Source of the DNA: Mobula hypostoma
Taxonomy: Eukaryota
Length of the DNA: 64,000 nt
Direction of reading: 5' to 3'
Assembly (NCBI RefSeq): GCF_963921235.1
Contig: NC_086097.1
Span: 178,252,001 to 178,316,000, forward strand
The notes under the pieces are model-generated. The model was not told the DNA's origin and made no database searches. It saw nothing but the letters and a program-made list of their open reading frames with translations. The stretch's first letter is position 1; each line of letters opens with the position of its first letter. The translations under genes and the position numbers were made by a program. Shown piece by piece: positions 24,301 to 36,498 of the stretch.

Positions 24301-25749
24301 CCTGGTTAAGCCTTGGTTTCTGCATCCCATTTCTATTCTGGTAGGATTTGGGGTTTGTTATTCATCTATGGGGTTGGTACATTATTGATAGGACCTAGGA
24401 TTATCGTCCACCCCTACCTCCTTCACTCTTCTGAGTGCAGTTCAGAGATGGGTCTGGGATCCTGGTTTGGCTCAATGGGATAAAGACAGCAAATGTTCCA
24501 CCATGAAGAGCATTAGTGAGCCAGTGGGTTTTCATACAATCAGACATAACTGGTCACTGGTGCAGATTCATTTAGTGAATGACATTTAAGTTCCCCTGCT
24601 GGGTGGTGGGGTTTAAACTCGTGCCTCTGGATCAGTGCACGATCACTCTGTGACCCAGCTCTGGTCTCTTGTCTCTGCATGTGGTTTTGTGTCAAATGCT
24701 GTACAAGTTATTGCTCCAGTGAAGCAAATCGCCACACTTCACTGCATCAGGTCGGGCATTACTACTGGTTGTAGCAAGGGAAAACTATTCTGCCGATGTG
24801 TTTAGTCGGTGACTCTGGGGAGAGGGGCTGGTGAGGGTTCCTCATCTGACTGGTATCTTTCCTCTTCTGTCAGTCTCCATCCCTCTCTTCTGACTGGTTG
24901 CATGACAGTGCAGAGGATTGCAACAGGCAACTGAGGCTTCCAGGCTCGACCAGCTTCATCACAGTCCATTGAACACATCTTCAAGAGGTGGTGCCCCAAG
25001 AAGGTGGCATCCATCAGTGAGGACCCTCACTATCTGGGACGTGCCCACTTGTTACTACCACTGGGGAGGAGGTACAGAAGCCTGAAGACCCACACTCCAC
25101 AATTCAGGCACAGCTTCTTCCCTCTGCCAGCAGATTTCTGAACGGTCCATCAGCCTGTGAACATCACCTTTTTTGCACTATTTGCTTAGTTTGGTATCTA
25201 CATAAATTACATATTATATACTGCTGCTCCAAAGAGTGCTATATGAGGTCATTCTTACCCTCGGTCATTAGGCTCTATAATGAGTCAACCTATAGCCAGG
25301 GAAGTGATGACTCCCTCCTGTTAGACTGTTTGAGATAACTTTTTTTTATTCTTTCTACTTCTCTTCTAATATTTATATCTTTGCACTTGTAATGCTACTG
25401 TGACACTGTAATTTCCTTGGGGATCAATAAAGTATCTATCCATCTATCTAATCATTTTATGTCTGCTATGTGCTGCAGCTGTAAAACTGCAAGTTTCAAT
25501 TCATGTGAGTTGCTGATAATAAATGTGATTTTTGATTCTGATTCGGAATCCTCTGGGAGCAGAGGACGCTCCCAAGGTGTTGTCAGAGTTGGAGAATTGC
25601 AGTCTTGAGGAGAGACTAGGTTTGTTCAGAAAAGGAGACAGAGGAAGTACAAAGTTATGAGGGGCTTAATGAGGTGAAGGGAGGATTTAGTCCCTTTCAC
25701 TGAGAGATTAACAACTGGGGAGCACAAGGGATTCCAGATTTCTGAATCT

Positions 25750-28050
25750 GGGGTGAGGGTAAAGAAAAAGCAGCTGGAGGAACTCAGAGGATCAGGCACC
25801 ATCGGCGAAGCTAGAGAGATGATTCTGCTTACTGTTAATGGTAGAACGTGGAACATACAGCAAAACGCACAGAAACAGGCTCTTTGGACTACGGTATTTG
25901 ATGGCAATTACCAGAAGTTGGAGAAAACAATGTTCATGTCATCAGGTTGGAGACTGCATAGAAGGAAATATGAGGAGCTGTTCCTCCAACCTCATAGTGG
26001 CCTCATCATGACAGAAGAGGAGGCCATAGACCGGCATGTCGGAATGAGAATGGGGATGGGAAATCCTGCTTTTTGCGAAGGTGCTTGACAAAGAATTCCC
26101 CTGTTCCAAGTTTGGTCTCACCAATGTAGAAGAGGCTGTATTGGGAGCAACAGATGCTGTGAACAACCTCAAAAAATTCACAGATGAAGTGTTGCCTCAC
26201 CTGGAAGGACTGTGTGGGGTCCTGAATAGAGGTGAGGGAGGAGATGCAGGGGCAGGTGTAGTACTTCTTCCACTTGCAAGGGTAAGTGCCAGGAGGGAGA
26301 TTAGTGGAGAGGGCTGAATGGACAGGGGATTCATGGAGGGAGCAATCAGTGTGGGAAGTGGAGATTGGTTTGGGGGTGGGAGGCAACAACGTGTTTGCTG
26401 GCAGGGTCCTGTTGAAGATGGTGGAAGTTGAGGAGAATGATATGTTGGATGTGAAGGCTCATGGGGTAATAGCTGAGGACAAGAGAAACACTTAAGGAAG
26501 CAGGAAGATGGAGTGAGCATAGGTGTCTGGGAAATGGAGGAGATGTGGGTGAGGGCAGCATCAATGGTGCAGGAAGGGAAACCCCATTCTCTGAAGGAGG
26601 TGGACACTTCTGATGCCCTGGAAAGGAAAACCACATCCTGGGACCAGATGTGGCAGAGATAAAGGAACTGAGAAAAGGGAATGGCATTTTTACAGCAGAC
26701 AGAATGGGAAGAGGTATTGTTATGAACCCACAGGTCTCGTTTATTGTGGACTGTTAATTTAAGAGCGCCTAAATGAGGCAGGACTATGATGTTGTTCACT
26801 GACTGACTTGCAGCTTGTTTAACTTTAAAACAAGGACAGAGAGAGAGAGAGAGAGAGAAGGTGACCAGCTGATAAAACTTCAGCTGGTCACTGTGATGAT
26901 TCAAAACTCTCCTATCCCCACAAGAGTGGGTTAAATATCGGCACACAGTGCACTACGAATGGGTGTCTATCACTTCGTATAATCCAAAGGAGTGGATTTT
27001 GTTTGGGTATCCTGTGGAGACCACTATGTGTTAACCCTTGCCTGGGTATGGTGTGTGGTAATCCCTTAAAGACGATATCCCTGTGACAGATCACCTTCGG
27101 TGATAATTCGTATGTGGATTTGGAACAACTCGACGGATAAGATCTACAGAGATTGTTATCTCGTTTTATCATCGTGGAATCCATGGAATACTTTCGTTTA
27201 CCTGTGGAATTTGACGTAACCACCTTTTCTCTACGTTTCGCCCTGGATTATGAATATCTCTCTCCTATCATACATTTTGTGGATGAACTGAACTTTCTTA
27301 CCTCACCATCTCAAGGCTCTAAGCTTAGTTTCCCCAAGCTTAACTTAGTTTGGGAGATATATTACACACATATATACACATAACACTGTTAGCATTTGTT
27401 TATCTTGGTTAAGCTACGATTTTATAAGTAGATACTAATAAAGATAGTGGTTTTAACATTAAAACCTGACTCAGTGAAATCTCTTGCTGCAGGTTTATTT
27501 CAAAACATTACAGTTCGTAACAGTGTAGTCAAGATAGCTGTGGGAATAGGTAGGTTTATAGAAGATGTCAGTAGATGGTTTGTCTCCAGAAGTTGAGAAA
27601 GAGGAGAGAGGTGTCAGAAATGGATCAAGTAAATTTAAGGGCAGAATCAAAATTGGAGGCAAAGCTGATGGAATTGACAAACTCAACAAGGGTGCTCAGG
27701 CTGGTGGCAGTGGATGGGGGATCTCCAGAGATGATGAGGTTGGTGATGGTGCTGGAGACAATGTCCTGATGCTCTTGAGTGGGATTCTTTCCAAATGGTA
27801 AGGAAGAGGAACAGTCTGAGAGATACTGCTGGGTAAAGTTAGGGTCAGTCTGCCAGCATCCTTTTCATCTGTGGGTTTGATGGTGAGGCTGGGGTTTGTG
27901 TGGAGAGAGTGAGTTCAGGGGTTAGGGTTTGAAGAGAAGAAAGAGAGCTGAAGTCAAGGCGGTGGATGTCTCATCAGCAAATAGAGATGAAAAGATCCAG
28001 AGCGGGGTGTCCAAGAAGAGGAGTAGGGGTCATCGATGTGGAGTGGGGAA
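25750..28050 (-). mobile_element. Older Penelope-like element, split by a solo LTR
   Basis: ICCSQYSLFYIGETK (GIY-YIG), NAIPFSQFL and DIFYKPTYSHSYLDY; collinear with 5230-6700 on both sides of 26718-27522. Confidence 0.88.
26718..27522 (+). mobile_element. Solo LTR (805 bp) inserted into the Penelope RT region
   Basis: Termini tgttatgaac / gttcgtaaca (10-bp inverted, 1 mismatch), AATAAA at 27437, flanks gtat / gtgt (candidate 4-bp TSD). The host sequence gaggtat|agtcaag rejoins across it. Confidence 0.85.
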
Positions 28051-28821
28051 TCCTTGGTTCAATAGTTTAATTTAGTATCAGAGAATGTATACAGTATAGA
28101 AAATGAAATCCTTACTCTTTGCAGACATCCAAAAACAGAGGAAAAATAATCTAAAGTTAGAACCCCAAAGCCCCCACCCCCCTTGCAGCAGCAAAAGCAT
28201 CAACCAACCCCTTCCCTTTCCCCCCACTTGCTCCAAGTATCAGCCCCCACCACCCACCATGCAAGCAATAGCAAAGTTGCCAGAGACCATAATCTAGAGT
28301 CCACCCAAAACTACTGTTTGTCCCAATACTTTGACATCTCAGACAGTCTCCCTCTCCACCCAGCAAGGGGGAGAGAGGTATCACGCCTGCCACTGTGAGA
28401 GGGAGACCAACAACTTGCTGATTCAAAGTTCCAGTCTGCCACGTCACCTGTCCAAGCCCCCTGACTCGAAAGACCAGCAGACTCACCCACCATCAAGTGA
28501 GAGAGAGAAATCGCATAAGCGGAGGGGTCACCGATAGCTGTGAACACTGCCCGCTGTCTCGATGTTTCAATCTCTCGCGGTGGTTCAGTTGATGACACAG
28601 GTGAGGAATTGGGTTGTCCACGGGGCTGCACTCTGAAGACGCCTGCCTTCCTGGCCGCACCTGGAGATCCCAAAATGCCAGGCTGCTCGGCGAGTTACGA
28701 GAATGAGAATACACCATCCATGAAGAGCTTAGCTTGAGCACAGCTGTAGATCATGGACTCTGACAGAACCCCAGCCAACTCGAAAAGGGAAAAAGAAACA
28801 CCAATACAGAGTCTATAGAAG

Positions 28822-29495
28822 TGAGACAAAGTGGCATCAAATTTATGGACCCTGTACAGATTACAGAGGAGGAGGTGTTTGCTACCCTGAGGCAAATCAG
28901 AGTGGATAAATTCCCAGGGCTTGACAAGGTGTTCCCTCAGACCTTATGGAAGGCAAGTGCAGAAATTGCTAGGGTCCAAGCAGAGTTATTTAAATCATCC
29001 TTGGCTACAGGAGGGGTACCAATGGATTGCCGGATAGCCAACATTGTTCCACTGTTTAAAAAAGGCTGTAATCAGAAACCAGGAAGTTATAGGCCAGCAA
29101 GTTGTGGAAGGTATTCTAAGCGACCAGATATACCAATATTTGGATAGACATGGACTGACTAAGGATAGTCAGCATGGCTTTGTGCGTGCTAGGTCATGTC
29201 TAACCAAAGTTATAGAGTTAGTGGATATTTTCTACGTGGATTTTAGCAAGGCACTTGCCAAGGTCCCGCTTGGGAGGTCAAGAAGGTTCAGTTGCTCGGA
29301 AATCAAGATAAGGTAGTAAGTTGGATTTGATATTCGCTTTGTGGGAGAAGCCAGAGAGTTTGGAGAGGTACACGGATAGTTGGGATATGGAGGGCTATGG
29401 TCCCGATGCAGGTCAATAGGAACAGGCAGTTTAAGTGGTTTTAGCATGGACTAGATGGGCCCAAGGGCCTCTTTCTGTGCTGTACTTCTCTATGA
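28822..29495 (+). mobile_element. Internally deleted CR1 LINE fragment
   Basis: IRVDKFPGLD, IANIVPLFKKG, SQHGFV and DFSKALAKVP, followed by a CR1-type 3' tail. Confidence 0.85.
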
Positions 29496-29848
29496 CCTCT
29501 TGGTGACAAACAAAATCTCTTCAAATTCCGAATGAAGAAGAGCCTAAAGAGCAGCAAAGAATAGAAGGGCCAAATGGCCTGTGTGTGCTGTAAAATCCAT
29601 GCATTAAGTTATGAATAAAGTTCTTATTTTTCCCTCTGGTCAGCAGGTGGGAAAGGCTGCTGCTTTGTGCTAATGTAATACACGTGTCTACATTAGAACA
29701 GCATTTGTGGTTCATCATAATTGTCGATCCAATGAGACACCAGCAGTAGCAGATGCTCTGCAAAGGGGCCCACGGGCAAAAACAGTAAGAATCTGGACAA
29801 CTCCTGTAGCTGACCTTGCCTGAAGCTCATGCAGTGCGGTTGCATCTC

Positions 29849-29881
29849 TGTCAGTTCCCCATCTGTCCACCAGATGGCGCG
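29849..29881 (+). promoter_or_regulatory. Candidate CTCF site (core plus upstream module)
   Basis: Core tgtCCACCAGATGGCGC at 29864-29880, preceded by tgtcagttcc (TGCAGTnCC-like), in non-repeat sequence. Confidence 0.65.
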
Positions 29882-30052
29882 GGTGGTCCGAGTCTGGAGT
29901 CATTCAACCCAGAAACAGGCCCATTAGGCTGTGCTGACCATCAACCACCCTATTTACACTGATCCCATACCTTTCTCCTCAAATTCCCCCACATTTTATC
30001 TTTCTCCTACATACCAGAGTTAATTTACAGCAGCCGATTAACCTACCCACAC

Positions 30053-32087
30053 AGATGGTTTTGAACCCCAGGGTCCTGAAGGAGTGTGCTGAGCAGCTGT
30101 GTGGAGTTCTCCAGCACATTTTCAGTCTGAATCCCAGCCTGGAAAAGGTCCCAGCTGTGTGGAAAACATCATGTGTGGTCATCAGGTGTGAGGTGCTCTC
30201 AGGGCTGCTGTACTTGGCGCAAGTCTGGCCCGTCCCCCGCTCCTACAGCTCGGAAATCACCCGGGCTGTCTTCAGATTCGTCTGGGGATCCAAGATGGAG
30301 CGGGTGAGACAGACCGCCATGCACAAGTCCCTGGACAACGGGGGCAAGAACGTCCCCAATGTCGCCCTCACCCTGATGGCCAGCTTCGTATGTGGCTGCA
30401 TCAGGTTGTGTGTAGAGCCCAGGTATGTGGGCACCAAGTACCACTATGTGCCCAGGTTCTACCTGTCGCCCTGGCTACGAAGGATGGGTCTGGCCCCACT
30501 CCCGCGCAACGCCCCAGTCAGCTGGTCGTTGCCGGCATACCTGTCCTACGTAGCAAAGTTCTTCCAGGAGAACGCCTTTGACCACAGGGCCATCAGGCAG
30601 TGGTCGGCACGTAGTGTCCTGCAGGCACTGCAGGAGAAGGACGTGATGGACACAGTGGGGTGGTTCCCTGAGCAGACTGTCCAGTTCATCTGGCAAAATG
30701 CCTCATCGCCAGATCTAACCAACAGGCACCAAGACCTTGCCTGGCTGGCGGTGAGAGGGGCCCTCCCAGTCAGAGCCCTCCTGTACGCCCGGAACGTCGT
30801 CTCCGCACCCCACTGCCCACGGGAGGACTGCAGTGAGGAGGAGTCTGTGACCCACCTCTTTGCACACTGTCAGTTCGCAGGGAGGGTGTGGAGGAGGATG
30901 GACGGGCTAGTGTCATGTTTCATCTCCAGCAGCTGTGTAACAGAGGACTCTCTGATCTACGGGCTGTTCCCGGGGACGCACACGGAGACCAACGTCCGGT
31001 GCTGCTGGCAGATCATCAACTCGGTGAAAGACGCTCTTTGGTCGGCCCGAAACTTGATGATCTACCAGCACATGGAGATGTCCGTGGGAGAATGCTGCCG
31101 ACTGGCACATTCTCGGCTGCAGGAGTACGTGCTGAGGGACGCACTGAAACTCGGTGCAGCCACCGCAAGGGCCCGGTGGGGAACGACCACGGTATAGGTT
31201 TCTTCACCCGCGGGAGTGGTAGGGGTCGGGGGGTGGGGAGTATACCCCTCAACAATGATATGGTAAGCTGAACTACTGGAGTGCCACATGGGTGGCTATA
31301 AATACGGATATGTACTGTGTATAATGGAAACGTATGTAAAGGATGAAAAGTTATTGAATGGTTTATTGTATATATTTATTTTTGAATAAAGTATATTTTG
31401 AAATTTAAAAAAAAATGTGTGGTCCCAGTACTCAAGAAAGGCCGACCAAAAGTCTTGAAAGACTACAGCCTAGTGGCTCTAACCTCACACCTCATGAAGA
31501 CCCTAGAGAGTTTGGTCATGGCTCACATTCAACCCCGGTCAGATCAGCGCTTGGTCCCCTGCAGTTTTCCAACCAGGAGCACACTGGAGTCAACGATGCT
31601 GTCATCTACCTGCTAAGCAGAGCCTATTCCCATTTGGATAAGCAATGCAACACTGTGAGGATCATGTTTTGTGATTTCTCTAGTGCCTTCAATACCATAC
31701 AGCCCTCATTGCTGGGTGGGGGCAGGGAGCTCCATTCAATGTAGACTGGCACTCCCACTGTATCCTGGATACTGGACTACCTGACTGGCAGACCACAGTT
31801 TGTGCAGCTTCAGAGATGTGTGTCAGACATGGCTATAAGCAGCACTGGGACCCCACAGGGGACTGTATGGGCTCTCTTCCTGTTTACCTTCTTTACCTCG
31901 GACTTGTATACAATATTGAGTCATGTCATCTGCAGAAATTCTCTGATGTCTCAGCAATAGTTGGGGGTAGAAAGGGAGGACAGGATGATGAATACAGGGC
32001 CCTGGTGGAGGACTTCGGCAAATGGTGCAAGCTGAGTCATCTGCAGCTCAACATCAGTTAGACAAAGGAGACTGTGATGGACTTTAG
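30053..32087 (+). mobile_element. Rex1/Babar-like LINE RT fragment, interrupted by a Tx1/L1-like element
   Basis: PRVLKECAEQLCGVLQHIF..WKTSCV|VPVLKKGRPKVLKDYSLVALTSHLMKTLE, then DFSSAFNTIQP and HLQKFSD. Confidence 0.85.
30181..31414 (+). mobile_element. Young 5'-truncated Tx1/L1-clade LINE (ORF2 C-terminus with zinc finger, 3' UTR, poly(A))
   Basis: 338 open codons to the stop at 31197, with FRFVWGSK, DNGGKNVPN and CPREDC..EESVTHLFAHC. AATAAA at 31385, A-tail 31407-31415. Perfect 10-bp TSD atgtgtggtc at 30171-30180 and 31415-31424. Confidence 0.92.
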
Positions 32088-32599
32088 GTTGTCTTCCTGG
32101 CGTCAGTGGTTGCACAACCAGGACTTGTGATGTGCACCAGCTGCCACGGGCTCCCATTCCCATGGTTTCACGTGACCCTGATTGGAGGGTGGGGGGAGCG
32201 CGGGAGAAGCAGGTGCTGCATCTTGCCCAAGGATGATCTGGAGGCTAGTGGAGTGAAGGAGCACCCTACACCTCCTTTGGTAGAAAGGCATCGCCACCCC
32301 ACCACCCAAATATGATGAAAGAGACCAAAGATAGAATGGACAGCCACAGACTTTTTCCCAGGGCAGAAAGGGCTTATATGAGAGGGCATAATTTAAAAGT
32401 GATTGGAGCAACATATAGGGGGATGTCAGAGGTAGTTTTTATATAAAGCGTGGAGGATGGATGGAACGCACTGCCAGGAGTGGTGGGTGGCAGATGCACT
32501 TAAGTGCTTCTCAGATAAGCAGATCAATGAATGAAGAATGGAAGGAAATGTGGGAGGGAACTATCAGATTGATCTTGGAGTAGTTTGAAAGGTTGGCAC

Positions 32600-35277
32600 A
32601 ACATCAAAAGATAAACTTTGTATCAGAAAGATAGGCAGAAAGGCCTAGGCAGTGGTGTGGCTCCCTTGGTAAGAAATGGAATTACATCTTTAGAAGGAGG
32701 TGACATAAGGTCAGAGAATGTTGAATCTTAGTGGGTGGAGTTAAGAAATTGCAAGGGTAAATAAAACATTATGGGAATCATATATAGACCTCCAAATAGT
32801 AGCCAAGATGTGGGGTTGAGATTGCAATGGGAGCTGGAAAAGGCATGTAATAAGGGTAATGACACAATTGTAATGGGGGACTTCAATATGCAAGGGGATT
32901 GGGAAAATCAGTTTGGTGTTGGATCATAAGAGAGGGGATTTGTTAAGTATCTATGAGATGGCTTTTTAGAGCAGCTTGTGCTTGAGCCTACTCGGGGAAA
33001 GACTATCTTAGACTGGGTGTTGTGTACTAACCCATACCTTATCAGGGAGCTTAACTTAAAGGAACCCTTCGGAGACAATGATTGGATTCATACTGTAGTT
33101 TGAGAGGGAGAAACCTAACTCACATGTATCATTATCACAATGGAATAAAGGGAATTAAAGAGGCATGAGAGAGGAGCTTGCCTAGATGGATTGGAGAGGG
33201 ATATTGGTGGGGATGACGGCAGAGCAGAGATGGCTGAAGTTTCTGGGAATAGTTCACAAGGCACAGGATAGATATGTCCCACAGAGGAAGAAGTTCTCAA
33301 ATGGCAGGGGTAGGCAACTGTGGCTGACATGGGAAGTTAAAGACTGCATAAAAATCAAGGAAAGATCATATAAGGTAGCAAAAGTGACTGGGAAGTTGGA
33401 TGATTGGGAAGCTTTTAAAATCCAACAAAAGGCAACTGAAAAGCTAATACAAGGGCAAAGGTGAAATGAGGGTGGACTAACCAATAATATAAAGCAGAAT
33501 ACCAGAAGTTTTTTCAGTTATATAAAGAGCATAATAGAGGTGACAGTTGATATTGGACCACTGGAAAATAATGTTGGTGAGGTAGTAATGGGGGACAAAG
33601 AATTACGGATGAATTTAATGGGTACTTTGCATCTGTCTTTACTGTGGAGGACACTAGCAGTGTGCCAGAGGTCTGTGAGTGTCAGGGAGCAGGAGTGAGT
33701 ACCATTGCTATTACAAAGGAAAGAATGAGAGGCAAACTCAAAGGTTTTAAGGTGGATAAGTCACCTGGATCAGATGTATTACATCCCAGAGTCCTGAGTG
33801 AGGTTGCAGAGAGATAACAGATGCATTGGTCATGATCTTTCAAGAATCACTTGATTCTGGCATAATCCCAGAGGACTGGAAGATTGCAAATGTCACTCCA
33901 CACTTTAAGAAGGGAAGAAGGCAAAAGGAAGGAAGTTATAAATCAGTTAGCCTAACTCAGTGGTTGGGAAACTGTTGGAGTCTATTATTAAGGATGAAGT
34001 TTCGGAGTACTTGGAGACTAATGATAATTAAGTCAAAGTCAGCATGGTTTCTATGAAGGAAATCTTGCCTGACAAATCTTTAAGGAAGTACCAAGCAAGG
34101 TGGACAAAGGAGAGGCAGTGAATGTCATTTACTTGGATTTTCAGAAGGCATTTGATGAGGTGCCACACCTGAGGCTGTTTAGTAAGATAAAACCCCATGG
34201 CGTTACAGGAAAGATACTGGTGTGGATAGAGGAACGACTGACAGGAAGCAGCAAGTGGGAATAAAAAGGGCCTTTTCTAGTTGGCTGCTGGTGATTAACG
34301 GTGTTCCTCAGGGGTCAGTAATAGGACCGCTATTTTTCACAATGTCTGTCAATGATTTAGATAATGGAATTGATGGCTTTGTGGGAAAGTTTACGGATGA
34401 TATGAAAATAGGTGGAGGGGTAGGTAGTGCTGAGGAAGCAATACGATTGCAGCAGGATTTAGACAAATTGGAAGAATGGGCAAAAAAGTGGCAGACGGAA
34501 TACAGTGTTGGGAAATGTATGATAATGCATTTAGGTAACAGGAACAATAGTGGGGAGAAGGTTCAACCATCAGAGGTGCAAGGCTCCCAGAAGTTACTTT
34601 ACAGTTTGAGTCTGTAGTAAAGAAGGCAAATGCAATGTTGGCATTTATTTCAAGGGGGAATAGAATATAAAAGCGAGGAGATAATGCTGAGCCTTTATAA
34701 GACACTAGTCAGGCGACACTTGGAGTATTGTCAACGGTTTTGAGCTCCATATCTCAGAAAGGCTGTGTTATCATTGGAGAGAGTCTAGAGGAGGTTCATG
34801 AGGATGTTTCTGGGAATGAAGGGGTTAACATATGTGGAGCATTTGGCTGCTTTGGGCCTGTACTCATTGGAATTTAGAAGAATGTGCAGGGATCTCATTG
34901 AAACCTACTGAATGTTGAAAGCACTATATAGGGTGGATGGGGAGAGGATGTTTCCTATGGTGGGGTATCCAGAGCTAGAGGGCACAGCCTCAAAACTGAG
35001 GGGTGACACTTTAGAGCAGAGGTAAGGAGGAATTTCTTCAGCTAGAGGGTAGTAAATCTGTGGAATGCTCTGTCACAGACTGTGGTGGAGGCCTAGGTCT
35101 GTGCGTATATTTAAGGCAGAAGTTGATTGTTTCCTGATCGATCAGGGCATCAAAGAATATGGCGAGAAAGCAGTGTATGGGATAGAGTGGAATCCGGGAT
35201 CAGCCATGATGGAACGGCAGAGCAGACTTGATGGGCTGAATGGCCTAATTCTGCTCCTATGTCTTATAGTCTTATCA
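32600..35277 (+). mobile_element. CR1 LINE ORF2 (endonuclease plus RT) and 3' UTR, degraded
   Basis: GIIYRPP, MGDFN, PEDWKIANVTP, DFQKAFD, GVPQGSVIGPLFF and KFTDD; CR1 3' end gctgaatggcctaattctgctcctatgtctta. Confidence 0.92.
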
Positions 35278-35852
35278 TGGATTTAAGGGACTGTACTGTG
35301 CTATACTGTTCTATGTTCCATGATTGTGTTCCATGCCAGCTGTGAGGTAATTTATGAAGTCAATCTGGGGCCTATAAGAGATGTTTGGTGGAATAGTGTC
35401 AAAGCCAAAGTCAAAGTCAAAACTGAATTTGTCATATACATAAGGAAATGTACACACGGCTGCAATTGTAACACTTAAGAGAAGTATGGATATGTATAAG
35501 AGGCAATGATCTGGATGCAGAAAGATGGAACTAGGCAGAGAACCAGGCTGGCATGGACAAGAAGGCAGAAGGCTCACATTTTCTGAGCTGTGATACTCTG
35601 TGATGCTAAGCTACGGGTAGTTTAAGGGGGATATTGATAGGTTAGATGAATGTGCAAACAGTTGTCAGGTGGAGTTTGAGTGAGAGGAAAACTCATAAGG
35701 TAAAAAAATCTACTCTCACCCCATCCTTCCACCACTCCACCAGAGACAGGGTTCCTCTTGTCCTCGCCTACCTCCCCAGTAGCCTCCAATTCCAGCGCAT
35801 AACCCTCTGTATCTTCCATCATCTCAAGAGCGGAAGGTGAGTGAGTATTCAG

Positions 35853-36498
35853 CAAAGTTCCCTCTAAGGTGTGCGTGCACAGACATCATTTGCTACTAGT
35901 GCACAAAGGAATGTAAACTATGTACAAAAGGTTGTCGCTCTCTACCTCACTGACATGTTAAGTATATTTCACAATTGCACACAATCACATTGCCTTTTCC
36001 GGTTTCTGGTGTGGACGGTGTTGACAATGAGGATGACTTGTCTACAGATCTTAGAACTAGCTTTGTTATACTGTTTTTATGGAAGTAATTATTGATCCAC
36101 TATGTTGAATTCCAAAGAAGCAAAGGATGTGATGCACAAAAGGACCACTAGCTTACTTAAGGCAGAATGGCTTAACGAAACAGTAGAAACTGCTACACCG
36201 GAAGCTCATGAGGTCAGGATCGTGCAGTTAGGAGAAATATTTATGTACAATATAGAAACTGATGTTACCTGCGTGTATTGTCACAACGTAAAAGTTGCTG
36301 GAGAATTTGCAAGTGGGAAGAAGTTTCTTTTAAATAATGAACTACAAACTGGACTTGGGTAGTTTATTATCCTTAGCCTAGCTTCAGATTTGCTTCCACT
36401 TAAAAATTCAGTGCGCACTTGTTGTTGTCACTGGGCAAAAAATTGCAAAGCATGAGACTTTTGTGCACGTTGGTTATTAGGAATTGGAGGGAACGTTG
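35853..36498 (+). mobile_element. Internally deleted hAT-type DNA transposon
   Basis: 15-bp imperfect TIRs caaagttccctctaa / ttggagggaacgttg; 8-bp TSD gtattcag (35845-35852) / gtgttcag (36499-36506). Residual ORF 36102-36362 with VTCVYCH..GEFASGKK resembles a transposase N-terminal zinc finger. Confidence 0.82.
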
